This document shows positions 1 to 10,856 of a stretch of 64,000 bases of DNA, piece by piece. The DNA comes from Candidatus Krumholzibacteriota bacterium (GTDB lineage: Bacteria > Krumholzibacteriota > Krumholzibacteriia > LZORAL124-64-63). How positions within the stretch are numbered: the first letter of the stretch is position 1; every line of letters starts with the position of its first letter. Made by a program: the position numbers and the translations under genes. The DNA lies in assembly GCA_024275485.1 (NCBI GenBank), contig JAJRZA010000028.1, positions 9,359 to 73,358 of the forward strand. The letters run 5' to 3'. The notes below the pieces were generated by a model, which saw nothing but the letters and a program-made list of their open reading frames with translations, made no database searches and was not told the DNA's origin.

Positions 1-1687
1 TACAACCAGGGCAACCAGGTCCACAGAGCCATCACCCCGCCAAAGAGAAAGGCCCCGGCCCTGGCAAGACCCGAGCGCAGGGCGGATCCACCGCCGATTC
101 CCTGCACGGCGCTGAGCCCGCCACCAAAGTCTTCGGCCCGGGCGCCACTGGCCAGGAGCCACACATCCTCAAGGTTCCAGCGCATTCGAATGCGCAAACG
201 ACGCAACCCGGCCATCTGCAGCCAGGTGTCAGGTTCATTGGCTGGACGATCCCAGAAGGCAACCTGACTGATGCGATAACGGCGAACAACTTCCAGCAGG
301 GAAGCGGGAGAGCCCAGCCAGGGTATTTCTCCGTCAGCCAGGGGCGGCAACCCTTCTTCGGCGGCGCCCGGTTGCCAAACATAACCCGCCACGTCGATGC
401 CCTGGTCGGTAAGTTCCCCCGCCCCGATCAGCCAGGTTTGCAAACGCCTGGGGTCGCCCACCAAAAGAGTTCGCTCCAAGGACAGGTTGCCCTGTTGTAG
501 TCGGCGCATGATTCGGTGCACGCCCCTGGACCCCAGAGCCGTGCTGATGGCCAACAGGGGAATGAACATCAGTAAAACGGCCCGGCTGATCACATCGAGG
601 TGCCCCAGATAGGTAGCCGCCAGCAGCAGAACCGCGACCACTGCCACTTGTTGAAGATGTTCCCTGATCGACAGGGGTTGTCGGTGGCGATCCGTCCGGT
701 ATCGACCGGTCAACAGGAATGTCAGCGAAGCCAACAACAGCGAGAAGAGAAGCAGCGGTGCATACTCGCCGAAAGGATAGAGATCCTCGGAGAAGAATCG
801 ACTCATCACCCGGCGCAATCCATAGGCAACTGCAAAGGCGGCTGTCAGGCCCAGCATATCGAGGCCCCAGAGGAGAAAAACAAGCAGAGGCTCACGCCAT
901 TTCTTGATCAGCCAAACCAGCATACCCCATTTTTCATAAAAGGAGATCAGACTGCCAAGATGCAACCAGAACGTACGGTTGAACTTGCCCTGGGCGCTTT
1001 GGCGGCGATGACGGTGGATGAATCGCGCGTCGGGGGTGTAGACAACCTCGAACCCGGCCTGCCACATGCGATAACACCAGTCGACGTCTTCAAAATAGAG
1101 AAAGAAACGCTCATCCATGGGACCGGTGCGCAACATGGCGGAACGGCGCACCAGAATGCAGCCACCGAGCACCCAGTCCACCGGCCGTTCGCTGCGATGA
1201 TCGAAATCGCCCATCAGATGCAAACGCACCGTTTCACTGTTGGGAAAAAATTTTCCCAGAAAAGTTCGGCGCAACAACAGTGTTTTCAGATTGTAGAAAC
1301 GTCGGCAGCTGTCTTGCACGGTAAGATCTTCGTTGAGCAGTTGTGGACCCACCATGCCCGCCCGAGGGGTTCGGTCGGCAAAATCAAGCAAATGTTGCAG
1401 GGCACCCGGCTGTATCACGATATCCGGGTTCAGGACCAGATAATATTCAGCCTCAACCTGGGCCATGCCCAAATTGCAACCTTTGCTGTAACCCAGGTTC
1501 ACCTTACTGAAGATCCATTGGAAGTCGGGATAACGGCCATGAACATCGGCAAGGCCATGGTCCTGAGATGCATTGTCCACAATGATGATGCGGTGATCCG
1601 CCGCCGGGGCATACGCTACCAAACTCTCGAGGCAACGATCCAGGTCGGCGCTCGAGTTGTAGTGGACAATGACGACGGCTAGTTTCA
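1..1687 (-). CDS. Partial (3' end beyond window start) large ORF. N-terminal GT2 glycosyltransferase domain fused in-frame to a polyprenyl glycosylphosphotransferase (WbaP/EpsB-like) TM and CoA-binding-like region
   Basis: Reverse-strand translation from GTG at 1687 (GGGAGAG SD-like upstream) gives VKLAVVIVHYNSSADLDRCL...YLVLNPDIVI...FYFEDVDWCYR (GT2 DxD/ED.D motifs). It continues without a stop through EKWGMLVWLIKKWREPLLVF, TM helices and a LLVGD...AGYV...LG middle region typical of sugar transferases, and runs off position 1. Absent from the ORF track because the stop lies outside the window. Confidence 0.6.
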
Positions 1688-1731
1688 CAAACTCTCCCGG
1701 GAAAGGTGATGCCACCCACGGTGGCCGCTCA

Positions 1732-2490
1732 TCAAGGGATGCGTTTCAGGCGCAGGGCCCAGACCATCCATATGGCTTCGAAGATGATTCGCTTGGACAT
1801 TTTCGAAACACCCACCTGCCGGTCCTCGAAAGTGATGGAGATCTCCTTGATCCGCAACCGTCGTTTCCAGCAGTGGTAGTTCATCTCGATCTGAAAGGAG
1901 TAGCCATCGCTTTTGATCTTCTCCAGGGGCAGCATCTCCAGGGTCAAGCGGCGGAAGCACTTGAAGCCGCCGGTGCTGTCCTTGATGGGCATTCCAGTGA
2001 CAAAACGGGCGTAAATATTGGCCCCCACGCTAAGAATAAGTCTGCGCAAGGGCCAGTTCACCACCGTTATGCCTTGAAGGTAACGACTGCCAAGGACAAG
2101 GTCATGGGAGTCGATTTCCCGCAGAAATTGGGGCAGGGCCTCGGGCGAATGACTGAAGTCCGCATCCATCTCAAAGATGGCCTCAAAATCGGTGTTGGCC
2201 AATATCCACTGGAACCCGGCGATGTAGGCAGCGCCCAAGCCCTGTTTCAGGGGGCGTTCCAAAATGAGGATGCGGTCACCGAAGCCAGGCAGGTTTTTGA
2301 TGATATCCCCAGTTCCGTCCGGGGAGTTGTCGTCCACCACCAGGACACTCAGGCGATCATCCATGGCCAGGATTTCCGGAATCAGGCCGCCTACATTCTC
2401 AGCTTCGTTGTAGGTAGGCACCACCACCACCGCTTTTCGGATGGGCGGCAATTCCGGCAACACCGTTTTTCCTTTGGAGGCACTCATCAA
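1732..2490 (-). CDS. Polyprenol/dolichol-phosphate mannosyltransferase (Dpm1/Ppm1-like GT2)
   Basis: VVVVPTYNEAENV...LVVDDNSPDGTGDI...SRYL motifs typical of Dpm1-family GT2. Confidence 0.8.
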   Translation of the reverse strand: MMSASKGKTVLPELPPIRKAVVVVPTYNEAENVGGLIPEILAMDDRLSVLVVDDNSPDGTGDIIKNLPGFGDRILILERPLKQGLGAAYIAGFQWILANTDFEAIFEMDADFSHSPEALPQFLREIDSHDLVLGSRYLQGITVVNWPLRRLILSVGANIYARFVTGMPIKDSTGGFKCFRRLTLEMLPLEKIKSDGYSFQIEMNYHCWKRRLRIKEISITFEDRQVGVSKMSKRIIFEAIWMVWALRLKRIP

Positions 2491-5123
2491 TCAGGTAGTC
2501 CTTCAGGAGAATGGGCCCGTCGCCGCCATATGGACGGCAAAAGCAACATAACCAAGGTTAGAATCCCCCCTGCAATGGAAAGAGTCAATCCCCGCCTGAC
2601 ACCCGGGTCGTTATAAGTGAAGCGTACAGTGCACTCTCCTGCCTCCACTGCCACCGCCCGCAGGACCAAATCCGCAGTTAATAAGGGCACCGATTTACCA
2701 TCCACCTCGGCGGTCCAACCGGGAACCATCATGTCAGATAGCAAAAGAAGGGCCGGAACCGGACTGTTCACCGTCAAAACAACTTCCCCGAGCCCATCTT
2801 TCTGAAAAACCGGGCTTGGCAGTGTCTCAGTGGTATTTCGGGGCATGGGTGATGGTTCTTCGGCAAGAAATACAGTGCCGAAGACATCGATTTCACCGTC
2901 TTGCACACCGTCCAGAAAGGGCTGCAAAGCGTCCTTTTCCGGCAACGAGGATACTTTTTCCCAATGGGTGAGCAAACGGGCCCTGGGCACTGCACTCAGA
3001 TTGCGATAAAACACCGGGCCCGAGTCGCCCCCCCCCACTTGCTCCAGGTTGGCTCCGAGGGAAGCCAGAGCAGACAACTGAGGTGGGGTAAAAGGAACGT
3101 CAAATGAAACAATCCCCCCGGCAAGCCATGAAACCAGGCGCATAGCAGGCTGTTGGCCGTAAATACGTTGCCGTATCTGCTCATAGGCTGCCAGTTTGAG
3201 CGCATGATAACCACCAAGACTGCGCACGCCATCAGCCATCCAGAGATTTTGCCCCCCGGCAGATCCGAGAGGAAAAACCCTGTCGTGGTTCACCAGACCT
3301 TGGAGAACTTCGGCTTTGGGGCCAGGGACTGTTTCGGAAGACTTATATGGTCGCAGTAATTTCCCGGAAGGAGCCAGCCGGGCATTTCCCCTCGGATCCT
3401 GCAACACTACCTGCAGTCCTTGGTCAGGATTGATAATCAGCTTGTCCACCGCTGCAAGATCGACCGCAATAAGGACCAGTAAAATCCAGGTCACCCGACC
3501 GGAGCCGAACATTTGCGAACGGGATCGTCCCCAAAGCACCGCAGCGGCCGTGAGTAATACAAGGCCTATGAGCATAAGACTGGATTTGTGGAGCAGCCAG
3601 GCCTGGTTGACCAGAACCTCAGGAGCAGATTTACCGGCACTTTCAGCCAGAGCCGTCAGGTCAGCCTTGAAAAAACCTTCGGCCATACCTGTAACCGAGC
3701 CCATCAGCAGAATAAAGCCCAAGGCCCCGAGTACCATGGGGAAAATTTTATTAAATTTGCCACTGGTGGAGCCGGTGGCAAGGAAATTGGCTCCCAAAGG
3801 AGCCATGATGGCCGCTGCAAAAGCCGGCAGGATGAGGATCATGGACGGAATCCGGAATTTGTTGAAAAACGGCAGGTAATTATACAAAAGTTCGTATAAA
3901 CCGAAGCCAAAGTTTCCAAAGGACACAAAAACGGATAACAGACTCATAACCAGAAGTGCAGAAAGAAGGCTGCGCCTGCCCGTCAGCCACGCCGCGCACA
4001 CCAGGGCCAACACCAGAAAGCCAAAATAATTGGGATAGTCGTTGAATGGCATGTGGCCCAGATAGGTGGCCTTGCCAAACCCGGCCGCCATGGGCAACAC
4101 AGTGGAACCGTACTCGGCAGGAGCCAGGCTCCACCCCGTGGCGTAGTCAATACCCACGCCACCGCCACCGGCTTCATCCTGTCCGCGAATACTGATGCGG
4201 GCATAGTCTTGCACCGGTATAAACAATACCGCCCCGATGAGAAATCCGGTGGCCAGCCCCAGGACAACCTGCCCAACCCGCAACCACCTGACCCGCGCAA
4301 CAAGGGATCGTCCCATACCTTCAAAAGGCCAGACGGCATTCCAGAGTGAAAGCCAGGCCACCAAAGCCAAAGTGTAGTAGGTGATCTGCGGATGGCCGCG
4401 CAGTAATTGCAGACCCACAAAGAGAGCTGTCAAACCTACCGAACGCCAGCCCTTGCCATCTAGAACCCGCCACACCGATGCCGTAATCCAGGGAATGTAC
4501 ATGGCAGCACCGAGCTTGGTACCATGGCCGTGCACACCCCAGGCCACCACCTTGGGGAAGAGCAGCCAGATCACCGCACCCAACAACAGAGCACCAAAAG
4601 GAAGCTTCCAACGAGACAGCAACCAGGCCATGCCCAGGCCACCAAACAGCAAGTGGCCAAACATCCAGGTCAGAGGCGGGAAACCCCAGTTTTGCAGAGT
4701 ATTGAAAACAACTGAAGGTGGATAGGTGTATTTCATGTAGGATAAAGACCCATACGATGGCATACCTGCGAAAATATACGGGTTCCACAAAGGGTACTGA
4801 CCATCGGCCAGCCCGGCGTCGCCCACAGCGGCGAAGGAGTTGGAATTGCCGGCATCACTGCTGAGAAAAACCTGCCCGCCGGTCAAGGCACCCTGGTAAA
4901 CGAACCCCAGAACCACCAGCAGAATACCGGCCAAAGCCAACCACCGACCCCAACCGGGAAGGCTTATCCGGGGGAAATTGACGCCGCCCTTGGGCCCCTG
5001 CCTATTCTGAGCTTTTTTCCCACCCTGTTTCTTTCCCAAAAAATTCTCCCCGGTGGACCCGGACCTTTCCCGGACCAAACATTGGTTATTGGTAATCCAG
5101 ACCGCGCAGCTCATCGAGAGCAC
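2487..5123 (-). CDS. Large polytopic membrane protein, YfhO-like (GT-C type) putative glycosyltransferase. True start may be internal
   Basis: 878 aa with many hydrophobic helices. 4-nt overlap with the downstream Dpm1-like gene. Resemblance to the YfhO family judged from topology and composition only. Confidence 0.5.
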   Translation of the reverse strand: MLSMSCAVWITNNQCLVRERSGSTGENFLGKKQGGKKAQNRQGPKGGVNFPRISLPGWGRWLALAGILLVVLGFVYQGALTGGQVFLSSDAGNSNSFAAVGDAGLADGQYPLWNPYIFAGMPSYGSLSYMKYTYPPSVVFNTLQNWGFPPLTWMFGHLLFGGLGMAWLLSRWKLPFGALLLGAVIWLLFPKVVAWGVHGHGTKLGAAMYIPWITASVWRVLDGKGWRSVGLTALFVGLQLLRGHPQITYYTLALVAWLSLWNAVWPFEGMGRSLVARVRWLRVGQVVLGLATGFLIGAVLFIPVQDYARISIRGQDEAGGGGVGIDYATGWSLAPAEYGSTVLPMAAGFGKATYLGHMPFNDYPNYFGFLVLALVCAAWLTGRRSLLSALLVMSLLSVFVSFGNFGFGLYELLYNYLPFFNKFRIPSMILILPAFAAAIMAPLGANFLATGSTSGKFNKIFPMVLGALGFILLMGSVTGMAEGFFKADLTALAESAGKSAPEVLVNQAWLLHKSSLMLIGLVLLTAAAVLWGRSRSQMFGSGRVTWILLVLIAVDLAAVDKLIINPDQGLQVVLQDPRGNARLAPSGKLLRPYKSSETVPGPKAEVLQGLVNHDRVFPLGSAGGQNLWMADGVRSLGGYHALKLAAYEQIRQRIYGQQPAMRLVSWLAGGIVSFDVPFTPPQLSALASLGANLEQVGGGDSGPVFYRNLSAVPRARLLTHWEKVSSLPEKDALQPFLDGVQDGEIDVFGTVFLAEEPSPMPRNTTETLPSPVFQKDGLGEVVLTVNSPVPALLLLSDMMVPGWTAEVDGKSVPLLTADLVLRAVAVEAGECTVRFTYNDPGVRRGLTLSIAGGILTLVMLLLPSIWRRRAHSPEGLPD

Positions 5124-6030
5124 CCAGCCAAATGGCCAGGGCCGTTTCCAGCCTGCCGTGCCACAAGTGCCAGGCGGAGTGGCCGCCCAGGAAACCGAGC
5201 TGGGTTATGAACAAGACAGGCCAGGTTGAGCGCGGCCAGTGTTTGCCCAGCAGGCGCACATGACTGCGACTGCGCAACCAGGCTTTGCGTGGAGTGCTGC
5301 CACCCATGGAGGCGCTGACCTTGTGCAGGACCACCGCTCGCGGCACATGCAGAATCCGGCCGCCGGCCTTGGTCAGGCGAAGGCTGAAATCGGCATCTTC
5401 CCCGTAAAAATAGTAGCCCTCGTCCAGCAACCCCACCGTGAGCAACACTTCATGCCTGATCATCATAGCGCAACCGGTACCGTAGTCGATGAAACGCCGA
5501 TTGTAATCAAGTTTGCCTGCCATTTTGCGCAGACCCGCGTGACGAATCCATCCCGAGTGTTGGCCCACCAATCCACCATCATACCAGATGAGGGCGGGAT
5601 TGTTGGCGTAGTAAATGCGGGGGGTCACCGCCCAGGCTTCAGGCGAATCTTCCAGGGCGTCGGTCATGCGGCGCAAGCTGCCCTCCGGAACGATGGTATC
5701 GTTGTTCAGCAGCAGGATGTGGCCCTGGTAATTCTCGTCCCGCAGCATTTTCAGGGCCACGTTGTTGCCACCGGCCCAGCGCAGATTCTCCCCTGTCTCA
5801 ATAATTTCAATTTCAGGATGATGGGCCCGGGTCCAGACCACCGATTCATCCTGCGAACCATTGTCCACCATGATGATGCGCAGGTCCAGAAAACGGTCAT
5901 CGCCCAGGGAGCGAAAGCAATCGGGCAAGTCTTCCAGGCCATTCCAGTTGACGACCACCACCGCCAACTTTTGCATCAATGGTGGTGTTTTCAATTCGGA
6001 ATCAGACACGATCAGCCACACGGTAGGCAT
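5086..6030 (-). CDS. GT2 family glycosyltransferase (rhamnosyltransferase-like)
   Basis: KLAVVVVNWNGLEDL...IMVDNGSQD...YFYGEDADFSLR motifs. Probable start at MQKLAVVVV (about 5976). Confidence 0.75.
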   Translation of the reverse strand: MPTVWLIVSDSELKTPPLMQKLAVVVVNWNGLEDLPDCFRSLGDDRFLDLRIIMVDNGSQDESVVWTRAHHPEIEIIETGENLRWAGGNNVALKMLRDENYQGHILLLNNDTIVPEGSLRRMTDALEDSPEAWAVTPRIYYANNPALIWYDGGLVGQHSGWIRHAGLRKMAGKLDYNRRFIDYGTGCAMMIRHEVLLTVGLLDEGYYFYGEDADFSLRLTKAGGRILHVPRAVVLHKVSASMGGSTPRKAWLRSRSHVRLLGKHWPRSTWPVLFITQLGFLGGHSAWHLWHGRLETALAIWLGALDELRGLDYQ

Positions 6031-6960
6031 TTTCCGGGTTGCGCCCGGCCACCACCAGTTCGGCGATCAGCCCCAGGCTGATGGATTGGAATGCAACGAT
6101 AATGAAGACCAAACCCAGCAACATGCTCGGCCGCAGGCGCATGGGGTTGCCAAGAGTCCACAAAACCAAATGGTACAAGCTGATGACGCTGCCGATAACC
6201 ATGAAACCCATGCCGATGCGTCCGAAAAAATGCAGGGGCGAAGATCGCCTTGCATGCAGAAAATACACGGTCAAAAGATCGAAGAACCCATTCAGAAAAC
6301 GGGCGATGCCGTATTTGGTGACACCGTGTTTGCGGGCAAAGTGGCGGACCGGCATTTCGGTCACTTTGAAGCCATCGAGGTGAGCAAGGGCCGGTACATA
6401 ACGATGCATGTCCCCATAGAGCTGGAGTTTTTCGGTTACCACCCGACGATATCCTTTCAAACCACAGTTGAAATCGTGCAGTTTCAGGCCACACATCCGG
6501 CTGGTGAACCAGTTGAATATCTTGCTGGTATTGTTTTTGATGAAGCTGTCCTTGCGGTCCTGCTTCCAGCCTGAAACCAGGTCCCAACCCTGTTCCAGCA
6601 GAACAACCAGGTCAGGGATTTCCGCCGGGTCATCCTGCAGATCAGCGTCCATGGTGATGATGATTTCGGCGCTGGCCGCTTTGAAGCCGGCGGCCAGGGC
6701 GGCGGCTTTGCCGAAATTGCGACCCAGTTTGATTCCGTGCACCTGGGGACGAACCCGGCTCAACTCCAGCACCACATCGAAGGTGCCGTCATCACTGCCG
6801 TCGTCGATGATCCATACTTCCCAGCTGCGGCCCATGGCCGAGATGGTTTCGTCGATGCGCTCCACCAGTTCCGGCAGACTTTCGGCCTCATTGAAGGCCG
6901 GCACGATGACCGCCAATTGGGTGCGCGCCAGTTGCGGGTTCAGGTCATTCACCAGAGTTC
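6002..6960 (-). CDS. Polyprenol-phosphate glycosyltransferase (GtrB/ArnC-like GT2 with C-terminal TM helices)
   Basis: LAVIVPAFNEAESL...IIDDGSDDGT...ITMDADLQDDP motifs and two C-terminal TM helices. GTG start at about 6960 preceded by AGGAGG. Confidence 0.8.
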
Positions 6961-7994
6961 CTCCTGGCGATGGCCCAGTCCACTTCCCGGGCCAGGCCTT
7001 CGGCAAAAGTAATGCTCGGTTTGTAGGCGATGGTTTTCTCCACGTGGGTTCGGTCGGCGAAGGTGTCCTTTACATCACCGAGGGCCACCGGGTGATACTC
7101 CACCAGCGGGCTGAGTTCAGACAGACGATCCTTGAGAATGGCGGTGAGCATTTCGAGGCACTCACTGAACACCATGCGGCTGCCGCCACCGGTGTTGAAC
7201 ACCTCCCATTTCTCATCACAGGAAACGGCCAGAAGGTTCGACCGCACCGCATCACCCACATAGGTAAAATCCCGGGTCTGGGAACCATCGCCGTACACGC
7301 TGAAGGTTTCCCCATCGAGGGCTTTTTCAATGAAGATACGGAAGGCCATGTCCGGCCGTTGACGGGGCCCGAACACGGTAAAATAACGGAGACTACTGGT
7401 GGGCACGCCAAAGTTCATGGAGTAAAGCACACACAAATGTTCGGCGGCCATTTTGGTCACCCCATAAGGCGAACGGGGCTGCGGCAGGGCTTGTTCGGTC
7501 ACCGGCAATTCGGACTGATCGCCATAGACCGAACTGCTGCTGGAATAGACAAATCGTTCCAGCGTTCCTTTCACGTCTTCATGTTTGCAGGCTTCGAGCA
7601 AACGTTGGGTGGCCATGACATTTCGGCTGAGGTACTCGCTGAAGTAGTCACCCCAGCTGGCACGCACACCCGCCTGGGCTGCCAGATGAAAGCAGGCCGC
7701 TTTGCCTCGGAGCAAGGCCACCGGATCCACATCCAGCAACTCTTTCCGCACAAAAGTGAATTCGCCGAGGTTCCTGAATCCAGACAGGTTCTCATGCTTG
7801 AGATCCACGTCGTAGTAATCAGTCAGACAGTCAACGCCGGTGACCCGGCAGCCCAGTTCCAGCAGGGCTTCGGTCACCGTGCTGCCGATAAAACCCGCAC
7901 AACCGGTGACCACCACCTGGGTACCGGGCTTGAGAACTTCGGTTACCCGTTTGGGCAACGATCCAACAATTTCCTGAAGTTCATTTCTGTTCAT
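6945..7994 (-). CDS. NAD-dependent epimerase/dehydratase (UDP-sugar epimerase or decarboxylase family)
   Basis: VVVTGCAGFIGS Rossmann motif, YxxxK (YGVTKMAAE). ATG at 7994 preceded by GGGAGGA. Overlaps the stop of the upstream gene. Confidence 0.85.
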   Translation of the reverse strand: MNRNELQEIVGSLPKRVTEVLKPGTQVVVTGCAGFIGSTVTEALLELGCRVTGVDCLTDYYDVDLKHENLSGFRNLGEFTFVRKELLDVDPVALLRGKAACFHLAAQAGVRASWGDYFSEYLSRNVMATQRLLEACKHEDVKGTLERFVYSSSSSVYGDQSELPVTEQALPQPRSPYGVTKMAAEHLCVLYSMNFGVPTSSLRYFTVFGPRQRPDMAFRIFIEKALDGETFSVYGDGSQTRDFTYVGDAVRSNLLAVSCDEKWEVFNTGGGSRMVFSECLEMLTAILKDRLSELSPLVEYHPVALGDVKDTFADRTHVEKTIAYKPSITFAEGLAREVDWAIARRNSGE

Positions 7995-10734
7995 CTTGTC
8001 CTCCCACTGCATCGCGGATTCGTTGCTGCTCCCGCTGCATTTGCTGAGCGCGCATTTCATCGAGCCCCTGATCCATGGCCGGATCCCGTTGGCCGGATTG
8101 GTGCTGCCAGGCATCAGTCACCTGGGTGGCTTCACGAATTCGTCCGATGCTCTGGTAGAGGCTGAACTGGACCTGATAGTAGAACAACCGGTCGGGATCA
8201 TCGGCGATTCGTTCGGACAGCCACTCCAGGGCCAGGGAGGTCACTCCGCCCCGAACCAATCCACTCAGGGTTGAATAGACAACTCGCTCTTCCAATTCCC
8301 GCGGCACGTTTGCGCTGAGGGAGGTGAGGAATTCCTTGGCGTCCTTGTCCCGATACGCCTGCACCAGGAGTAGTGGATACAGATCCAGGGTCTGTTCATT
8401 CCAGGGAGAGATCTTCAGGCAGGCTTCGAAGGCCACCAGGGCCCCGGCGAGGTTGCGGGCATACTCCACCGAATCGGTGTCGGCCACTCGCTGTGCTCTC
8501 ATGAAAAACTCATACCCGGCCCGGTTCAAGGCAGCAGGATAATTGCCAAACAGGTGATCGGCGTTGATTCCCCGGAAAACATCCTTGCGCGCCTCGCCCA
8601 GCATCTGCTTCAGGGTGTCCAAGTCGGCAATGCTGAGGACTTTTCCGGTCTTGCCCAGAATGACCTCCCCGCTGTCGGCCTGAAAGCCGCGCAAAGCGTT
8701 GAAGGTATCATGACGCCGTTGGCTGTCGCCGTCCATCAGGGCATCCATGCGGTAGGTGCCGAGCATGTTTTCCAGAACTTTTCCGGGATGGGTCACCGGC
8801 TCGCCCGATGGCGACGCCTTGTCCATCAGACGGTAGGCCATCCCTTCCATCTGCAAATTGGGAAAATACCGCAACATGTTTTCAGAAGGGATGGTCACGG
8901 CAAAGAACACCGGCCGCCGCTCCCGGCGGTAGTTGGTGGTAATAACGTCATGCACCACAAAATCCTTGATCATGATGATGGTTTCTTCACCCGTTTCCGG
9001 ATCCACATACCGACGATGTTTCAAGTCATCGATTTCCTGATCGGTCTTGCTCAAATCCAAGGGGGGATCGGAATTTTTCAATTGTTTGACATACCAGGGC
9101 AGATTCACCAGGGAGAGATTGACTACGGTGACGTCGGTGCGGAAATGCTCCACCGCCTGCAGGTACCAGATGGGGAAAGTGTCATTGTCGCCATTGGTGA
9201 AGATGATGGCGTTATCATCCAACCCCGCCAAAATATTCCAGGCGTATTCGTAGGAGATGCGGTTTTCAGAACGGTCGTGTTCAAAAAATTTGCGTTCCAT
9301 GGGGTTGACCTGGAGCAGGGAAATAAGAATCAGCACTGCTGCAGTCACCTTGGCCATGGGAGAAAAAGACACCTGGGGCAGATCCTGACGCCAGTTGCCA
9401 CCCAGTTTCTGGATGGCGGCCGCGCTCTTGCCTTCGGCCCCCACCGCAAATCGCAACAAACTGGAGGCGCCCAGACCAATGAAAATGGCAAAGAACAGAA
9501 AAGCCGCAAAGTAGAAATAGTCGCGTTCGCGCACTTCGTGGTTGGAGAAATTCAAAACCAGGGTAAGAATTTCACCGTTGAACAGGTAGTTCACCACCGG
9601 CAAAAGAATCAGGGGCATCAGGCGCCGGAACCCCTGCACCAGTCCCACGGCTGCCAGAAGGAAAGGCCCCAGGAAGGAGGATGCGGCGGCCAACTTGCTC
9701 CCGTTGTGACCCAGGAAATAGAATTGGTTCAACAGGTAGTTGTAATAGTAACCATATTGCCAAAGCAACGGGGCCTTGCGACCACCATCCTGAAGCTTGG
9801 GATACTGTTCACGGCGCAACACCGACATCAGGGTATCGAAGTTTTCGGGGTCGGTCTGGTTGATGAAAGGCTCCGGCACGGCCGCCGCCCGGATCATCAT
9901 CATCAGATGCACGGTCAGGCCAATAAAGAACAGGGCGCTGCCCAGTAGGACAAAATTACGCTTCTGGAACGTCCGCAGCAGGACCAGGGCGAAATAGACC
10001 AAGAGAGAGCCCACGATAAGAGCGTTGTCACGGATCATGGTGGAAGCCATGAAAATGGCCAGACCGGAGCTCATCAGCAGCAAATCCGGCAGAGGTAGTT
10101 CACGCTTGCTGGACACCAGTATGAGCATGAAGATCCCGGGGTAGACCAACAGCGTTCCCAGGTGGAAACCAACTCCAAGGCCCAGCAGGTAGATGATCAG
10201 CAGCAAAAGGCGGTTGCTCGCCTTCTGGTCACGGTAGTCGTACCACTTGAGGGCCAGCCAGGTCAGCGTGGCCAGCATGAAGGCAGCCAGCCCATACACC
10301 TCGGCTTCAATGGCGTTGTTCCAGAATGTTTCACTGAAAGCCAAGAACAGTGCGCCGACAATGCCACCGAGATGTGCCGCCCAACGGGCATCCGGATGAG
10401 TGCGTCGGGACAACTCCCAGATAACCAGATAGATCATCATCACGGCCAGGGAACTGAAGAAAGCGGACATGAAGTTGATGGCCCAGGCCGTGCGCAGGGC
10501 AGGCTGGGAGATGTCGGCGTTGCCCAGAATGATGTCGAACACCCGTCCCACCAGAACGTAAAGTGGAGTGCCAGGTTGATGGGGTACTCCCACAATATGA
10601 CTGGTGGTGATGAACTCACCGCAATCCCAGAAGTCGGTCGTTGGCCCAAGGGTCAGGGTGTAAAGCACCAGAGTCAGCAAGAATACGCCGGCCGCCACCA
10701 GGACCTGGGGCCTGAGATACCATTTCTCAGTCAA
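7981..10734 (-). CDS. DUF2723 (TMEM260/PMT-like GT-C) membrane glycosyltransferase with C-terminal TPR-like repeats
   Basis: N-terminal DFWDCGEF motif and multiple TM helices characteristic of DUF2723. C-terminal soluble helical repeat region. Confidence 0.7.
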   Translation of the reverse strand: MTEKWYLRPQVLVAAGVFLLTLVLYTLTLGPTTDFWDCGEFITTSHIVGVPHQPGTPLYVLVGRVFDIILGNADISQPALRTAWAINFMSAFFSSLAVMMIYLVIWELSRRTHPDARWAAHLGGIVGALFLAFSETFWNNAIEAEVYGLAAFMLATLTWLALKWYDYRDQKASNRLLLLIIYLLGLGVGFHLGTLLVYPGIFMLILVSSKRELPLPDLLLMSSGLAIFMASTMIRDNALIVGSLLVYFALVLLRTFQKRNFVLLGSALFFIGLTVHLMMMIRAAAVPEPFINQTDPENFDTLMSVLRREQYPKLQDGGRKAPLLWQYGYYYNYLLNQFYFLGHNGSKLAAASSFLGPFLLAAVGLVQGFRRLMPLILLPVVNYLFNGEILTLVLNFSNHEVRERDYFYFAAFLFFAIFIGLGASSLLRFAVGAEGKSAAAIQKLGGNWRQDLPQVSFSPMAKVTAAVLILISLLQVNPMERKFFEHDRSENRISYEYAWNILAGLDDNAIIFTNGDNDTFPIWYLQAVEHFRTDVTVVNLSLVNLPWYVKQLKNSDPPLDLSKTDQEIDDLKHRRYVDPETGEETIIMIKDFVVHDVITTNYRRERRPVFFAVTIPSENMLRYFPNLQMEGMAYRLMDKASPSGEPVTHPGKVLENMLGTYRMDALMDGDSQRRHDTFNALRGFQADSGEVILGKTGKVLSIADLDTLKQMLGEARKDVFRGINADHLFGNYPAALNRAGYEFFMRAQRVADTDSVEYARNLAGALVAFEACLKISPWNEQTLDLYPLLLVQAYRDKDAKEFLTSLSANVPRELEERVVYSTLSGLVRGGVTSLALEWLSERIADDPDRLFYYQVQFSLYQSIGRIREATQVTDAWQHQSGQRDPAMDQGLDEMRAQQMQREQQRIRDAVGGQDEQK

Positions 10735-10856
10735 GACATCACACCTTTACAAGTTTGAGGACAAACAAACCCTGAGGGCAAAACGAGTCCAATAATTACC
10801 GGACGAATTTAACACACCAAAAAGCAGGCAACAACTACCCACTGCACAAGTTCCGA

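Noticed and set aside
600-1682. 360-aa plus-strand ORF in the ORF track
   Set aside because: Low-complexity translation (Q/H/R-rich). It lies exactly antisense to a clean GT2-PGT reading frame with canonical motifs. Typical high-GC antisense artefact.
6468-9948. Long plus-strand ORFs (565 aa and 464 aa) overlapping the epimerase and DUF2723 genes
   Set aside because: Gly/His/Arg-rich junk translations antisense to well-supported minus-strand genes.
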